This document shows positions 36,817 to 49,476 of a stretch of 64,000 bases of DNA, piece after piece. Both the position numbers and the translations under genes were made by a program. Origin of the DNA: a bacterium. Lineage in GTDB: Bacteria > Auribacterota > Auribacteria > Auribacterales > Auribacteraceae. Location: the NCBI GenBank assembly GCA_018435605.1, contig JAHDNF010000004.1, forward strand, positions 184,542-248,541, given 5' to 3'. The notes below the pieces were generated by a model. It was not told the DNA's origin and made no database searches. It saw only the letters and a list, made by a program, of their open reading frames with translations. The first letter of the stretch is position 1. Each line of letters starts with the position of its first letter.

Positions 36817-37653
36817 TTAGACGGAATAGTCGTCATACTCAAGGTCATATTCACGCAGATAAGTTCGAAGTTTTTTTATGGCGCCTTTCGATAACTGGCG
36901 GATTCGCTCTCTTGTTACACCGATGATATCACTTATTTCATCAAGCGTTTTTCGGGTTTCATCGAAAAGCCCGAACCGGTGTATCAGTATTTTCTGCTCG
37001 CGTTCGTTAAGCAAACTGAGCAATTGCAACAGATCGTCTTTAAGCATATCGGAGCACAACGCCTGCAAAGGGGTCATCGCTTCAGGGTCTTCAAGCATCT
37101 GTATCAACTCCGTAACCTCATCTTCGTGTATAGAGCTGTACAGAGAACTGGGTTTTTGCAGGAGTTCCTGAATTTCCACAATAGTTTTGAGCGACTCACC
37201 GGTTTTTTCGGCTATTTCCGCGTTTGTAGGTTGCCTCCCATACTGCGTATTCAATTTATCGATGGCTTTTCGCACCACAGCCATCTTCTCAATCATATAA
37301 ACAGGTATGCGAATAATTTTACCCTGATTTGCCAGCGCGCGGACAATTGACTGCCGTATCCACCATGACGCATAAGTGCTGAGCCTGCATTCCTTAGAAA
37401 GATCGAATTTCTCTACCGCTTTCATCAAACCGAGGTTACCTTCCTCGACTAGATCAAGGAAAGGTAACCCCAAGTTGGAATATTTTTTCGCTATACTGAC
37501 TACCAGTCTCAAATTCGACCGGATCAGTTTCCGATAAGCGTCGACATCGCCTTCCTTTGCCAACCGGGCAAGCTCACACTCGTCTTCCCGATTAAGCAGT
37601 GGAATTTCGCCGATATCTCTCAGATAGATTTGCACCGAGTTTCGCGAAGTCAT
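36817..37653 (-). CDS. Sigma-70 family RNA polymerase sigma factor (group 2/RpoS-like by size, 278 aa)
   Basis: Region 2 (LVEEGNLGLMKAVEKFD, TYASWWIRQSI) and region 4.2 (IGVTRERIRQLSKGAIKKLR). No RpoH box. Confidence 0.8.
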   Translation of the reverse strand: MTSRNSVQIYLRDIGEIPLLNREDECELARLAKEGDVDAYRKLIRSNLRLVVSIAKKYSNLGLPFLDLVEEGNLGLMKAVEKFDLSKECRLSTYASWWIRQSIVRALANQGKIIRIPVYMIEKMAVVRKAIDKLNTQYGRQPTNAEIAEKTGESLKTIVEIQELLQKPSSLYSSIHEDEVTELIQMLEDPEAMTPLQALCSDMLKDDLLQLLSLLNEREQKILIHRFGLFDETRKTLDEISDIIGVTRERIRQLSKGAIKKLRTYLREYDLEYDDYSV

Positions 37654-37813
37654 GCTTCAACCTATAGTCCAGAGTCATTTTCTGCAAAAAAAGACAGTTA
37701 AACAAGATGTATCAGTTCAGTACTATACTATACTAATACTATTTTTTCAAATGTTTGTACACTTCTTTTTTCGGAAAAATATTTTTTTACTCCAGTGCAA
37801 AGTTTATTTTTTA

Positions 37814-40480
37814 TTATTTTTTACTGTCTATAGCCGCATGCGCCGCCGCCAAACGGGCGATCGGAACACGGTACGGCGAACAACTTACATAGTTAAGTCC
37901 GGTTTTATGACAGAAATCCACCGACCTCGGATCACCGCCATGCTCTCCGCAAATACCAACCTTCAATTTCGGATTTGTCTGACGACCAAGTTTAACGCCC
38001 ATTTCCACGAGTTTTCCTACACCGTTTTTATCAAGCGTCTGGAACGGGTCGTCTTCCAAAATACGCTTCTCGACATAATCCGGTAAAAATACTCCGGCGT
38101 CATCACGGCTGAACCCGAATGTCATCTGAGTCAAATCGTTGGTTCCGAAACTGAAAAACTCGGCTTCCGCGGCAATCTCGTCCGCCAGCAACGCCGCGCG
38201 CGGTATTTCTATCATAGTACCGATTGTATAATCCAGATCAACACCGCACTCGGAAATAACTTTTTTCGCTACGGCAAGTATCTCTTCTTTAAGCATTTTC
38301 AGTTCTTTAACGTCTCCGATCAACGGTATCATTATTTCCGGAAGAACCTTAACTTGTTTCTCTTTTTTGATTTCGCATGCCGCTTCAATGATCGCGCGTG
38401 CCTGCATGCGGGCTATTTCCGGATAGGTAATGGCAAGACGGCATCCGCGATGGCCAAGCATCGGATTGAGCTCTTTGAGGCTCTCTATCTTCGATTCGAG
38501 TTTTTCAACAGATACGCCCATGTCCGTAGCAAGTTCCTCAATAGCTTTTTTCTCATGAGGCAGAAATTCATGCAACGGCGGATCAAGCAACCTGATGGTT
38601 ACCGGCAGACCGTTCATTGCCTCGAAGATACCTTTGAAATCCGCTTTCTGCATAGGCAAAAGTTTTGCAAGAGCCTTTTCCCTGCCGGCTACATCTGAAG
38701 AAAGAATCATTTCACGCATTGCCTTGATACGGTCGCCCTCGAAAAACATGTGTTCCGTACGGCACAATCCGATTCCTTCAGCTCCGAATTTACGGGCGAC
38801 AGCGGCATCGTTCGGAGTATCCGCATTAGTTCTGACTCCGAGTGTACGCAGTTCGTCCGCCCATTTCATGATGATTTCGAAATCACCGCCCAAATCAGGG
38901 GTAATGCGTTTCACTTCACCATTAAACACTTCGCCGGTCGAACCGTCTAAAGATATAATATCGCCTTCTTTTATAAGCACATCGCCTACAGTGAAGGTCT
39001 TAGATTTATAATTGATCGATACGTCGCCGCAACCCGCAACGCAACATTTGCCCATGCCGCGGGCAACGACAGCCGCATGCGATGTCATACCGCCGCGGGC
39101 AGTCAAAATTCCCTGCGCTACATTCATACCGCCGATATCTTCCGGCGATGTCTCGACGCGCACTAGAATAACTTTCTCGCCCAATTCAGCCCACTCTTCC
39201 GCATCATGAGCATTGAAAACAACTTTGCCTACCGCCGCGCCCGGAGATGCCGGCAGTCCTTTTGCCAACACTTTGTGAGTGGCTTTGTCTTTTACGTCAA
39301 AGGTAGGATGCAATAGCTGATCGAGCTGTGAAGGCGCCACACGTTTTACAGCCGTAGTTTTATTGATGGCTCCTTCGTTAACCATATCCACAGCTATTTT
39401 TAAAGCGGCCGCCGCAGTACGTTTTCCGTTACGTGTCTGAAGCATATACAGTACGTTGTTCTGTATAGTGAACTCTATGTCCTGCATATCTTTATAATGA
39501 TTTTCCAGCCTTTTGTACACATCTACCAACTGCTGGTATACTTCAGGCATCAGTTCTTCCAGACTAATCAGGTTCTCATCGGTCTTTCTATCCTTGCGAA
39601 GCGGATGAGGGGTTCTTATACCAGCAACAACATCCTCGCCCTGAGCGTTCTGCAAAAATTCCCCGTAGAATATTTTCTCGCCGGTCGACGGGTCTCGGGT
39701 AAAAGCAACGCCGGTTGCGCAGTCTTCGCCCATGTTGCCGTAAACCATTGCCTGAACGTTTACAGCTGTGCCCCAGTCGGACGGAATATTGTTCAGTTTA
39801 CGATATCTGATGGCACGATCATTTTCCCACGAGTTGAACACAGCCTTGATGGCTCCCCACAACTGTTCCATAGGATCGGTCGGAAAATCTTTGCCGGTAT
39901 ATTCTTTCACCTTGGCTTTAAATACTGGTATAAGTGATTTCAGATCGTCCGCGGTAAGATCGTTATCAGCTTTTACACCCTTTTCTTTCTTTTTCTCTTC
40001 AAGAATATGCTCAAGCAATTCCGAATCCATGTCCATAACAACATTAGAATACATCTGAATGAACCGGCGGTAGCTATCCCATCCAAACCGAGGATTGCCG
40101 GTTTTCTCGATAAATCCGGCAACGATTTCATCGTTTATGCCGAGATTAAGCACTGTGTCCATCATTCCGGGCATAGATACACGCGCACCGGAACGAACCG
40201 ACACCAGCAACGGGTTATTCCTGTCGTTGAATTTCATACCCATGGCTTTTTCGAGTTTCTTCAAGTTTTCTTCAACCTGATCTTCAAGCCCTTCAGGTAA
40301 TTTCTGTCCGTTTTTGTAGTAATACACGCATGATTCTGTTGTAATTGTAAAACCGGCAGGAACAGGAATACCCAGATTGGTCATTTCGGCAAGATTAGCA
40401 CCTTTGCCGCCAAGCAAATTCTTCATATCGGCAGAACCTTCCGAACTGCCGCTACCAAAAAAGTACACATATTTAGTCAT
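37814..40480 (-). CDS. ppdK: Pyruvate, phosphate dikinase
   Basis: N-terminal [10 protein letters not shown], catalytic His region [20 protein letters not shown]-terminal PEP-utilising TIM barrel. 888 aa. Confidence 0.9.
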   Translation of the reverse strand: MTKYVYFFGSGSSEGSADMKNLLGGKGANLAEMTNLGIPVPAGFTITTESCVYYYKNGQKLPEGLEDQVEENLKKLEKAMGMKFNDRNNPLLVSVRSGARVSMPGMMDTVLNLGINDEIVAGFIEKTGNPRFGWDSYRRFIQMYSNVVMDMDSELLEHILEEKKKEKGVKADNDLTADDLKSLIPVFKAKVKEYTGKDFPTDPMEQLWGAIKAVFNSWENDRAIRYRKLNNIPSDWGTAVNVQAMVYGNMGEDCATGVAFTRDPSTGEKIFYGEFLQNAQGEDVVAGIRTPHPLRKDRKTDENLISLEELMPEVYQQLVDVYKRLENHYKDMQDIEFTIQNNVLYMLQTRNGKRTAAAALKIAVDMVNEGAINKTTAVKRVAPSQLDQLLHPTFDVKDKATHKVLAKGLPASPGAAVGKVVFNAHDAEEWAELGEKVILVRVETSPEDIGGMNVAQGILTARGGMTSHAAVVARGMGKCCVAGCGDVSINYKSKTFTVGDVLIKEGDIISLDGSTGEVFNGEVKRITPDLGGDFEIIMKWADELRTLGVRTNADTPNDAAVARKFGAEGIGLCRTEHMFFEGDRIKAMREMILSSDVAGREKALAKLLPMQKADFKGIFEAMNGLPVTIRLLDPPLHEFLPHEKKAIEELATDMGVSVEKLESKIESLKELNPMLGHRGCRLAITYPEIARMQARAIIEAACEIKKEKQVKVLPEIMIPLIGDVKELKMLKEEILAVAKKVISECGVDLDYTIGTMIEIPRAALLADEIAAEAEFFSFGTNDLTQMTFGFSRDDAGVFLPDYVEKRILEDDPFQTLDKNGVGKLVEMGVKLGRQTNPKLKVGICGEHGGDPRSVDFCHKTGLNYVSCSPYRVPIARLAAAHAAIDSKK

Positions 40481-40782
40481 TGTTCACAAACTCCTTCTTT
40501 TTCGTTTCGCTACACTCTATTTTCAATTGGCATTGCTCACTATAAAAATATTTTAAATTTGCAAGAGTAAAATTGAGGCTCAAGGTTACCATAAGAGATT
40601 TTCTTTTACAATATTTTTTCAAAAAAAACAGAATCCCGATTCTCATAATTTTATATAACATGCTGTTATATCTTCATTATTAGTAATCGGTTAAAAAATC
40701 AAAAAATATCCTTTCAGAACTATAGAGAAGATATTGTCAAATGTTGTTCACCGGAAAATAATTTACCCGTTATTTTTATACA

Positions 40783-40822
40783 CGACAAAGCGGAGCCGGG
40801 GTTACCGGCTCCGCTTTGTCGT
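40783..40822 (-). terminator. Strong GC-rich hairpin downstream of dnaK-1 (18-bp perfect stem); weak U-tract
   Basis: ACGACAAAGCGGAGCCGG-ggtta-CCGGCTCCGCTTTGTCGT. The flanking T-run is modest on both strands. Confidence 0.45.
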
Positions 40823-40839
40823 GTATTTATGATCTATAA

Positions 40840-42774
40840 TCACTTCACTTCTTCATAGTCTGCGTCAATATAATCGTCGCTGTGACCTGCAGGCTCGTTT
40901 TCAGTTTTCTGAGATGTTTGCTCTGCTCCGGCGGTATGGGTTTGATACGCTCCCGCAGACGCTCCCTGTTGCGTGCCTGCCCTCTTGTAAAGTTTAGTAG
41001 ATACTTCCTGCCATGTTTGCTGAAGCGCGTTCATAGCAGGTTCGATCGCCGATGAATTACGCTCTTTGACCGCTTTTTCGAGGTCGTTTTTTAGTGATTC
41101 AAGTTTAGATCGGTCGGCAGGATCGATCTTATCACCGTTTTCTCTGAGCAGTTTATCCGTCTCGAAAGTCAATTGTTCCGCGCGGTTGATTTTATCCACG
41201 GTTTCTCGTTGCTGTTTATCTTCATGAGCGTACTGCTCTGCTTCTTTAACCATCCGGTCGATATCTGTTTTACTAAGTCCGCTTGACGCTTCGATACGGA
41301 TGGATTGTTCTTTTCCTGTGGCTTTATCTTTGGCGGATACATGCAGTATACCGTTTGCGTCAATATCAAACGTGACTTCGATCTGCGGTATTCCACGCGG
41401 CGCGGGCGGGATATCGGTCAACTGAAACCGCCCGATAGATTTGTTATACGCGGCCATTTCTCTTTCGCCTTGCAAAACATGTATATCCACAGCGGTCTGA
41501 TTATCCGCGGCAGTCGAGAATACTTCCGATTTTTTTGTCGGTATCGTTGTGTTTCGCTCAATTAGTTTAGTAAACACTCCGCCCTTGGTTTCCACACCAA
41601 GCGACAGCGGTGTAACGTCGAGCAGTAAGACATCTTTGACCGCGCCGGACAACACACCGCCCTGAATACTCGCGCCAATGGCAACAACTTCGTCGGGGTT
41701 GACTCCTTTATGCGGTTCCTTGCCGAACAATTCTTTGACAATCTGCTGAACAGCAGGCATACGTGTCTGTCCGCCGACGAGTATCACTTCGTCAATATCG
41801 CTTGCCGACAATTTGGCGTCCTGCATAGCCTGAATACAAGGCTTCTTTGTACGTTCAAGCAAACCGGATACAAGCTGTTCGAGTTTCGAGCGTGTGAGAG
41901 TAATATTGAGATGTTTCGGGCCGCTGGAATCGGCAGTGACAAACGGCAGATTAATTTCCGTAGACATTGACGAAGACAGCTCGCATTTGGCTTTTTCAGC
42001 GGCTTCTTTGAGTCTCTGTAGCGCCATCTGGTCTTTGCGAAGGTCTATTCCGTTATCCTTCGTAAATTCTTCCGCAAGATAGTTGATTATAGCATCGTCG
42101 AAATTGTCGCCTCCCAGATGCGTATCTCCGTTGGTAGACAATACCTCGAAAACACCCTCTCCCAACTGTAATATGGAAATATCGAAAGTTCCTCCGCCAA
42201 GGTCGAAAACCGCTATTTTCTCGTCATTCTTCTTATCCAAGCCGTACGCCAGAGCGGCGGCAGTCGGTTCGTTAATGATTCGCAACACATCAAGACCGGC
42301 TATCGCGCCCGCTTCTTTTGTCGCCTGCCTCTGTGCGTCGTTGAAATACGCCGGAACGGTAATTACCGCCTGCGTTACTTTGCTACCCAGATAATCTTCG
42401 GCGGTTTGCTTCATTTTCTGCAAAATCATAGCGGATATTTCCTGCGGTGTGTAATGCTTGCCTTCCAGCTCTACGACCGCGTTACCGGCCTTGTCGGCTT
42501 TTACTTTATAGGAAACCGATTTCTCTTCTTCTTTAACTTCCGTATACTTCCTGCCCATAAACCGCTTTATGGACATTATAGTATTGCCGGCGTTGGTTAT
42601 TGCCTGCCGTTTAGCCACAGTTCCCACAAGCCGTTCGCCGTTTTTAGTAACCGCCACGACCGACGGGGTAGTGCGCCCTCCTTCAGCATTGGTTAGCACC
42701 ACAGGTTCTCCGCCTTCCATCACAGATACACATGAGTTGGTAGTACCCAAGTCTATTCCGATTACTTTACCCAT
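40840..42774 (-). CDS. dnaK: Chaperone DnaK (Hsp70), copy 1, not in a grpE/dnaJ operon
   Basis: [30 protein letters not shown] signatures. Confidence 0.9.
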   Translation of the reverse strand: MGKVIGIDLGTTNSCVSVMEGGEPVVLTNAEGGRTTPSVVAVTKNGERLVGTVAKRQAITNAGNTIMSIKRFMGRKYTEVKEEEKSVSYKVKADKAGNAVVELEGKHYTPQEISAMILQKMKQTAEDYLGSKVTQAVITVPAYFNDAQRQATKEAGAIAGLDVLRIINEPTAAALAYGLDKKNDEKIAVFDLGGGTFDISILQLGEGVFEVLSTNGDTHLGGDNFDDAIINYLAEEFTKDNGIDLRKDQMALQRLKEAAEKAKCELSSSMSTEINLPFVTADSSGPKHLNITLTRSKLEQLVSGLLERTKKPCIQAMQDAKLSASDIDEVILVGGQTRMPAVQQIVKELFGKEPHKGVNPDEVVAIGASIQGGVLSGAVKDVLLLDVTPLSLGVETKGGVFTKLIERNTTIPTKKSEVFSTAADNQTAVDIHVLQGEREMAAYNKSIGRFQLTDIPPAPRGIPQIEVTFDIDANGILHVSAKDKATGKEQSIRIEASSGLSKTDIDRMVKEAEQYAHEDKQQRETVDKINRAEQLTFETDKLLRENGDKIDPADRSKLESLKNDLEKAVKERNSSAIEPAMNALQQTWQEVSTKLYKRAGTQQGASAGAYQTHTAGAEQTSQKTENEPAGHSDDYIDADYEEVK

Positions 42775-42981
42775 AACTTTATATCCTCCTTTTAAAGTTT
42801 TATATATTTCGCGTTACAGGATTTAAACATCAATATAATACAATACAAGCGCCATGCCACATTTGGACATTGACGCATGTATCTATATAACTAATTTATA
42901 AAAAGAATGTTAGGCATTACGACAACAAGATTGAGGTAAAAATAAGCCGTGACAAACAGGCTCAAGAAAAAATAAGTTGTG

Positions 42982-45570
42982 TCAATTTGTTACAATAAAT
43001 AAAAACTGAGAGTCATTGAACGTAACTTCAACACGGTTTCCTTCCGCTATGCTACCTTCAAGCATGCGTATAGCCAGCGGATTCAAAATTTCGCGCTGGA
43101 TTGCACGTTTGAGCGGACGCGCTCCAAACAGCGGATCGTAAGCGATTTTAGCAAGATGATCCTTAGCGGCGCTACTTAGAGATATTTCGATTTTTTTATC
43201 TTCAAGCCGTTTGGCCAGATGATGAAGCTGGATATCGATAATATGCTTTATGTCATCCTGCGTAAGGTTGTTAAATACCACTATTTCGTCGATTCGGTTG
43301 AGAAATTCCGGCCTGAACTGTTTGCGTAGCAGTTCGAGCATCCTGTCATTGAGTTCCTGACGGGGACGGTTTGACAGATCATGCACAAGATGGCTTCCTA
43401 AGTTTGAAGTCATGATGAGCACCGCGTTCTTGAAATCGACAGTACGCCCTTTGTTATCGGTAAGACGCCCTTCGTCGAGAATCTGCAGAAAAATGTTGAA
43501 TACGTCATGATGAGCTTTTTCAATTTCATCAAACAACACCACTGTATACGGTTTGCGCCTAATCGCCTCTGTAAGTTGTCCGCCTTCCTCGTAACCCACA
43601 TATCCGGGCGGCGGCCCGACCAGCCGGGATACCGAATGCTTTTCCATATATTCGCTCATATCAATACGAATCATTGCTTTTTCATCGTCAAACATGAAAT
43701 AAGCCAGTGAACGCGCAAGTTCGGTTTTGCCGACTCCTGTAGGACCGAGAAAAATAAACGAGCCTATCGGGCGGTTAGGATCCTGAATATCCGCTCGAGC
43801 ACGCCGTATCGCGTCTGATACCAGCTCTACCGCTTCATCCTGCCCGACAACCCGTTCTTTAAGACGGCTTTCCATGGCGATAAGTTTCTGTATTTCACCT
43901 TCCAGCATACGCGAAACAGGAATACCTGTCCATTTTGAGACAATTTCCGCTATATCCTCCTCGTCTACTTCTTCTTTGAGCATGACGGATTCTTTTTGAA
44001 GCTGAGCGAGTTTCGCGTTGGCATCTTCAAGGTTTTTATTTAACTGCGCCCGTTTGCCATAGCGTATTTCCGCCACTTTCTCGTAGTTGCCTTCCCTCTC
44101 ATAACGCTGTTCTTCACTATTGAGCTGGTCGAGTTGTTCTTTGATAGACCGTATATGCTCAATAATTTCTTTTTCCTGTTGCCAGCGTGATTTTAGCAGA
44201 GCACTCTGTTCTTTTAGTTCCGCAAGTTCCTGTTCTATCTTCTGACGCCGTTCTTTTGAGGCGGCGTCTTTTTCTTTTTGCATTGCCTGACGTTCTATTT
44301 CCAACTGCATAATTCGCCGTTCTATTTCATCTATTTCGGTAGGCATGCTGTCAATTTCTATACGCAGTTTGGATGCGGCTTCGTCAATGAGGTCGATAGC
44401 TTTATCAGGCAAAAACCGGTCTGTAATGTATCTGTCTGACAATGATGCCGCCTGAATTATAGCTGTATCTGTGATGCGAACTCCGTGGTGAACTTCGTAT
44501 TTTTCTTTCAAACCACGCAAAATAGAAATCGTATCTTCAACCGACGGCGGCTCGACCATTACAGGCTGGAAACGGCGTTCCAGCGCGGCGTCTTTCTCAA
44601 TATATTTCCTGTATTCGTCAAGCGTTGTAGCTCCGATACAGCGCAGTTCGCCGCGCGCAAGAGCAGGTTTGAGCATATTTGACGCATCGACCGAACCTTC
44701 CGCAGAACCTGCTCCGACCAGCGTATGCAATTCATCGATAAATATGATTATTTTCCCGGAGGCTTCCTCTATCTCTTTAAGCACCGCTTTGAGACGGTCT
44801 TCAAATTCTCCGCGGTATTTTGCGCCGGCTACCATAGCTCCGATATCGAGAGCGATAAGCGATTTGCCGCGCAACCCTTCGGGTATGTCGCCGCTGACCA
44901 TCCTCTGAGCAAGGCCTTCCACAATAGCTGTTTTACCCACGCCCGGTTCGCCGATTAACACAGGATTGTTTTTTGTCCTGCGCGATAATACCTGCATGAG
45001 CCTGCGTATTTCGTCGTCCCTGCCTATTACAGGATCGAGTTTTCCTTGCCGCGCCAGCGCGTTCAAATCTCTGCCGAACCTCTCGATAGCCTGATATTTG
45101 CTTTCCGGATTCTGATCGGTTACCCGTTGAGAACCCCTGATGGTTTTCAAAACGGCAAGCAGGCTGTCATGAGTAATTTTGTATCCGGAAAACAGTTTGC
45201 CGGCCTCCGATTGCGATTCCTGCGACATCGCCAGAAGAATATGTTCTGTGCTGATGTATTCGTCTTTAAGTTTTTTAGCTTCTTTTTCAGCAGAGTCAAA
45301 AATTTTCTGCAGTTCCGACGACAGATACAAATTATTTGCCTGACCATATACCTTTGCCAGTTTGCCGAGTTCCTGCTGGCAGTCGCTGTCAACCCTTGCC
45401 GGTTGAATTTCCAGCTTCTGCAAGATCGGGGGTATCAATCCGTCTTCCTGTTCCAGCAACGCTTTTAGCAAATGCAGGGAAGATATTTCCTGATGATTGT
45501 TATCACGGGCGATACTTTGTGCGTCCTGTATGGCTTCCTGTGTTTTGACTGTCAGTTTGTCGTATCTCAT
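42982..45570 (-). CDS. clpB: ClpB disaggregase (AAA+; two NBDs with middle coiled-coil domain)
   Basis: [18 protein letters not shown]-domain, Walker A GEPGVGKT and GPTGVGKT, long M-domain. Start set at the MRYDKLT methionine; the ORF-track extension was rejected. Confidence 0.9.
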   Translation of the reverse strand: MRYDKLTVKTQEAIQDAQSIARDNNHQEISSLHLLKALLEQEDGLIPPILQKLEIQPARVDSDCQQELGKLAKVYGQANNLYLSSELQKIFDSAEKEAKKLKDEYISTEHILLAMSQESQSEAGKLFSGYKITHDSLLAVLKTIRGSQRVTDQNPESKYQAIERFGRDLNALARQGKLDPVIGRDDEIRRLMQVLSRRTKNNPVLIGEPGVGKTAIVEGLAQRMVSGDIPEGLRGKSLIALDIGAMVAGAKYRGEFEDRLKAVLKEIEEASGKIIIFIDELHTLVGAGSAEGSVDASNMLKPALARGELRCIGATTLDEYRKYIEKDAALERRFQPVMVEPPSVEDTISILRGLKEKYEVHHGVRITDTAIIQAASLSDRYITDRFLPDKAIDLIDEAASKLRIEIDSMPTEIDEIERRIMQLEIERQAMQKEKDAASKERRQKIEQELAELKEQSALLKSRWQQEKEIIEHIRSIKEQLDQLNSEEQRYEREGNYEKVAEIRYGKRAQLNKNLEDANAKLAQLQKESVMLKEEVDEEDIAEIVSKWTGIPVSRMLEGEIQKLIAMESRLKERVVGQDEAVELVSDAIRRARADIQDPNRPIGSFIFLGPTGVGKTELARSLAYFMFDDEKAMIRIDMSEYMEKHSVSRLVGPPPGYVGYEEGGQLTEAIRRKPYTVVLFDEIEKAHHDVFNIFLQILDEGRLTDNKGRTVDFKNAVLIMTSNLGSHLVHDLSNRPRQELNDRMLELLRKQFRPEFLNRIDEIVVFNNLTQDDIKHIIDIQLHHLAKRLEDKKIEISLSSAAKDHLAKIAYDPLFGARPLKRAIQREILNPLAIRMLEGSIAEGNRVEVTFNDSQFLFIVTN

Positions 45571-45589
45571 AGCTGTGGAACTCCTTTCA

Positions 45590-46426
45590 TTACCGCAAAG
45601 CATACAGGCGTTTGACACGATCCTCAGTAGACGGATGAGTACTGAACAACCGCGCCAGCGAACTGCTTCTAAATGGATTGACGATAAATAGATGGGAAGT
45701 TACATACGATCCCGATTGCAACGGATTATGTCGTACGCTCCGTTCAAGTTTTTCAAGAGCGCGAGCCAGTCCAACAGGCGATCCGGCAAGTTCAGCTCCG
45801 CCTTTGTCTGCGGCGAATTCGCGAGAACGTGAAACCGCCAGCTGTATGATTACAGCCGCAACAGGCGCAAGTATGGATAACACCAGCATGCCAAGAACAT
45901 TGTCGTTGCGGTTGCGCCCGCTTCCGAAAAACATCAACGAGTAACGCAACATGCTGGCTATAAGTGTAATAGCCCCTGCTATCGTAGCGGCTACAGTGCT
46001 AATAAGACTGTCGTGATGTTTTATGTGGCTCAACTCGTGCGCAAGCACACCTTTGAGCTCTTCTTCAGATAACAAATGGATTATTCCTTGCGTAACCGCC
46101 ACAGCGGCATGACTCGGATTTCGTCCGGTAGCAAACGCATTCGGCGTCGATTGAGGAAGTATGTACAATTTAGGCATAGGCATACCAGCCCGCTGTGTCA
46201 AATCCTCAACCATGCGATAAATTTCCGGCGCTTGGTTGCGCTCAAGCGGCTGGGCGCGGTACATTTTGAGAACAATGGTATCGCTCCACCAGTAACTTGC
46301 AAAATTGATAGCCATGGCTATGACGAAAAAGACAATCGCTCCCTGTGATCCTCCCACATATTGCCCCATAACTACCAACAATCCGGTCAATAACCCCAGT
46401 AAAAGCGTTGTTTTGATGGTGTTCAT
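45590..46426 (-). CDS. htpX: Zinc metalloprotease HtpX (M48 family)
   Basis: [10 protein letters not shown] HExxH motif with flanking TM helices. 19-nt gap to clpB suggests an htpX-clpB operon. Confidence 0.85.
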   Translation of the reverse strand: MNTIKTTLLLGLLTGLLVVMGQYVGGSQGAIVFFVIAMAINFASYWWSDTIVLKMYRAQPLERNQAPEIYRMVEDLTQRAGMPMPKLYILPQSTPNAFATGRNPSHAAVAVTQGIIHLLSEEELKGVLAHELSHIKHHDSLISTVAATIAGAITLIASMLRYSLMFFGSGRNRNDNVLGMLVLSILAPVAAVIIQLAVSRSREFAADKGGAELAGSPVGLARALEKLERSVRHNPLQSGSYVTSHLFIVNPFRSSSLARLFSTHPSTEDRVKRLYALR

Positions 46427-46641
46427 ATTGCATCCTCCTATTATAAATGGTGTTTTATCCTGTTTTTTGTATAATATATGATCACATTATATACCAGAAT
46501 GTTTGTTTTTAGGCATATAAATTTTAACTCGCTTTGCAACAAAAAGTTACAAGCATATCTATTTTTCGAGCTATATTTTTTGAGTCATGGTGCTATGCCA
46601 TTATGGCGCATTGCGTGACAATTATGATAACAGAACAGTTA

Positions 46642-48924
46642 TTACTGAATAATTTTAAGTACGATGAATGTCAGGTCGTCGTCAAGAGGCTGGTGTCCGA
46701 TGTATTCATGCAGATACCAAAACAATATGGAACTGATTTCCTGCGCGGATTTGTCTTTGTTTTCGCGAATCACCTGCTGAATTCTATGCATACCGAGAAA
46801 TTCTTTCTGATTGTTTGTCGCTTCGGTTAACCCGTCGGTGTAAAACAGATAGATATCGCCTTTTTGTAACGGTATAACTATTTCGCCGTAGTCCGTTTTT
46901 TCAAATAAACTCAGGAATAACCCGTCGGTAGTGATAGCTATAAACTCATCCTCTTGAGCGCAGTACCGCATTGAAGGATTATGACCGGCGCTGGTATAGT
47001 GAAGCATTCGTTCTCTTGTATTTACAATGGCGTAAAGCATTGAAACAAAATTATTTCGTGGAATGTTTTTGAAAAGGAATGCGTTGAGCGCTTGAACAAC
47101 TTCTTTGGTAGAAACGATGCCGATTGACGAAAGCTGTGCACAGGTCTTTACCAGCGTCATAATAAATGCCGCAGATACTCCGTGACCGGTAACGTCAGCG
47201 ACGATAAATCCGGTATTATCGGCATCAATGGAAATGTAATCGTAATAATCGCCGCCTATCATTTCCGCAGGGGTATACATTGACGCTACTTCAAAAACTT
47301 CGCTTTCAGGCGGTTCTTTGGGTAAAAGTTCCATCTGCATTTCCATAGCTATTTTCATATCAGCCTCCAGTTTAGTTTTCTGGATAGTCTGCTGATACAA
47401 AGTAGCGTTTTCGATAGCTACGGTGGCCATACTGGCAAGGGTTGTAAGAGCTACGATGTCGTCCGGACTGAAACTATCGCAAAAAAGTTTATTGATGACC
47501 ATCATCGTTCCTATAACACTGGTTGCCGTTTTGAACGGGATACAAGCAAGGGCGTTAATGTTTAGATTGCGATCTTTGAGAATATCGCGGTCGAGTTGCT
47601 CGTCTACTTCCTGCTGATTCAGAATAACTACTTCGCCGGACTCAAGCACTCTCTGGTAGATCGGTTTGCCTCCGTTATCCTTGAAACGGATAGCCTTGAT
47701 TACCTCAAATCCGAGACCGAACTCGATTTTTTTTGAAATCTCGCCGTTTTCCAGCAGTAAAGCGGCGCCCACTTCCGCTCCAATAGAATTGATGATCATG
47801 TCGACCAGTGTCGCCAGCAGGCGGTTGGGGTCATGGATGGTGGTGAGAAGTTTGCCTGCTTCGTAAAACTTATGAAGTTGAACTGTGCGGTCTTCTATTT
47901 TTCTGTCCAGTTCGGCGTTGGAATGGATGATTTGGTTCTGTATTTCTTCCAGCTCTGCGCTTAGTTTTATTATCTTTCCGGTCATTCGAATATTATCGAT
48001 TATAGTGGTCAGCAAATCGTTGAGCGAGATAATCAAATCCTGCTCAAATGCTGAAAACGGTTCTCCGGTTTTCCGGCTAACTATCAAAGCGCCTATATAG
48101 TTGTTCTTTGAATAGAGCTTTTTTATAATTACCGTTTCGCGCGAAGGTTCGTCCTGTTCAACCGCATTTCCCGCATGCTTGTGACAGAAAAACGACAGTT
48201 TCAGCTTAGAGTAGTTGAATTCACAGGTTTTTTGAACGCTACACATGATATGTTCGATAAACACATCATCCGCATTGGATGTTCTGTCTATAAGCAGTTC
48301 TTTTGAGTCTGCCATATATATGGCCAGTATATCATAAGGTATTGTAGCCCCGAGTAGCTTGAATATCTGTTCTATAAGCTCGTCAGGATTTTCGATATTG
48401 TTGGCGTGTTTGTTGATGAGATTAATAACGTTTTTCTCAAGCAGTTTGTATTCTAGTATTCTGCTGATACGCTTGAGAATATCAATTTCCGACAATCGTT
48501 TTCCGTCGCGATATGCCGGAGACAACTGGGGGTTGCGTTTTTGAACCTGCTCATGGATAATTGACAACAGGGCGAACTGGTCGATATCCCTGCTTATTAC
48601 TTCATCGATCTCAAATTGGCTTTCCGTGCGGTGTGAATGGGAATTGTTTTCAGGTTCAATCCAAAGAAGCCTGATATGGCGTGTCGCGGAATCGAACTTT
48701 AAAATCCTGCAGGTTTCCTCGCCGGTAAGCTGGGGCAATTGCGGGTCAATAATTACAATATCCGGCCAATGCGAATAAATACACCTCAGTACATCTATGC
48801 CGTCATGAGCTATAACTACATCGTAACCGAATAGATTCAAGTTATGCCTGTAGCGCTTGATCAGTTTTTCATCCGTCATAGCGATCAAAATTTTAGATTT
48901 TTTGATCTCTGGTAAACAGCTCAA
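46642..48924 (-). CDS. Response-regulator receiver - GAF - PP2C (SpoIIE/RsbU-like) phosphatase
   Basis: N-terminal REC-like domain (ILIAMTDE ... IVIIDPQLP), central GAF-like regions, C-terminal GGDYYDYI ... ADVTGHGVSAAF ... FYTDGLTEA PPM motifs. Confidence 0.7.
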   Translation of the reverse strand: MSCLPEIKKSKILIAMTDEKLIKRYRHNLNLFGYDVVIAHDGIDVLRCIYSHWPDIVIIDPQLPQLTGEETCRILKFDSATRHIRLLWIEPENNSHSHRTESQFEIDEVISRDIDQFALLSIIHEQVQKRNPQLSPAYRDGKRLSEIDILKRISRILEYKLLEKNVINLINKHANNIENPDELIEQIFKLLGATIPYDILAIYMADSKELLIDRTSNADDVFIEHIMCSVQKTCEFNYSKLKLSFFCHKHAGNAVEQDEPSRETVIIKKLYSKNNYIGALIVSRKTGEPFSAFEQDLIISLNDLLTTIIDNIRMTGKIIKLSAELEEIQNQIIHSNAELDRKIEDRTVQLHKFYEAGKLLTTIHDPNRLLATLVDMIINSIGAEVGAALLLENGEISKKIEFGLGFEVIKAIRFKDNGGKPIYQRVLESGEVVILNQQEVDEQLDRDILKDRNLNINALACIPFKTATSVIGTMMVINKLFCDSFSPDDIVALTTLASMATVAIENATLYQQTIQKTKLEADMKIAMEMQMELLPKEPPESEVFEVASMYTPAEMIGGDYYDYISIDADNTGFIVADVTGHGVSAAFIMTLVKTCAQLSSIGIVSTKEVVQALNAFLFKNIPRNNFVSMLYAIVNTRERMLHYTSAGHNPSMRYCAQEDEFIAITTDGLFLSLFEKTDYGEIVIPLQKGDIYLFYTDGLTEATNNQKEFLGMHRIQQVIRENKDKSAQEISSILFWYLHEYIGHQPLDDDLTFIVLKIIQ

Positions 48925-48930
48925 ATCATC

Positions 48931-49476
48931 TTACTCCTTCAAAGTTGCATAACTCTTAAACGCGCTGTGATTTTGCTTATGTACGTCCTTGCATATATCC
49001 AAATCGTTCTCGATCGATTCAAGCGAACACAATATTTCCTCCAATAGATTTTGAAGGCGGTCTATAATCTGAGTGTGTTCCACAGATGTCTGCATATTTT
49101 CCGCATGCTGAGCGTCGACGGTCTGCAATAACGACGACTTTCGTATCTGTTCACTGATAATATGCAGGCTGTTGCGCATTCCGGCAGACGTTTTTTCCGC
49201 ATCGTGTTTGATATGATCCGGAATAAACCGGCAGGTATACCGCCAGCTTATTTCAAATATAATAAACATCTCGACGCCGACCGTTAAAACGTGTACCCAT
49301 ATAGCATCCGTAAAAGTAGCCAGCAATGTGTGCAACTCGACAAATATGGTTACCATCAGGCTTACAGCCACCACATTGACGACTGTCAACACGAACTCAG
49401 GCCTAAAAGGCGTATGTCGTTTCATATTATCCTGCTCATTTAATTTCGAATCTTGCGAACCCTTTGTCAGGGGCAT
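48931..49476 (-). CDS. Hypothetical small membrane/coiled-coil protein upstream of the RR-PP2C gene
   Basis: One or two hydrophobic helices (FVLTVVNVVAVSLMVTIFV, IWVHVLTVGVEMFIIF) and a C-terminal helical region. No recognisable motifs. Confidence 0.3.
   Translation of the reverse strand: MPLTKGSQDSKLNEQDNMKRHTPFRPEFVLTVVNVVAVSLMVTIFVELHTLLATFTDAIWVHVLTVGVEMFIIFEISWRYTCRFIPDHIKHDAEKTSAGMRNSLHIISEQIRKSSLLQTVDAQHAENMQTSVEHTQIIDRLQNLLEEILCSLESIENDLDICKDVHKQNHSAFKSYATLKE

Noticed and set aside
38354-40300. Multiple plus-strand ORFs antisense to ppdK, and similar antisense ORFs inside dnaK, clpB, cusA, hydA and nuoF
   Set aside because: Overlapping long, motif-rich CDSs on the opposite strand. 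Their translations are low-complexity or antisense echoes (e.g. ...[11 protein letters not shown]... opposite dnaK).
40470-40495. Half Rex site (TGTTCACAA) at the ppdK translation start
   Set aside because: Only one half-site, with no inverted partner at 4-6 nt spacing. It overlaps the RBS/start codon and is probably fortuitous.
42775-42981. Searched dnaK-1 / clpB / grpE upstream regions for CIRCE (TTAGCACTC-N9-GAGTGCTAA)
   Set aside because: No match or near-match seen in any of the three upstream regions. This absence is used in a finding rather than called as a feature.
45571-45618. ORF-track N-terminal extension of clpB ([16 protein letters not shown]) overlapping the htpX 3' end
   Set aside because: The conserved ClpB N-domain starts at MRYDKLT. 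The extension overlaps the htpX stop region on the same strand.
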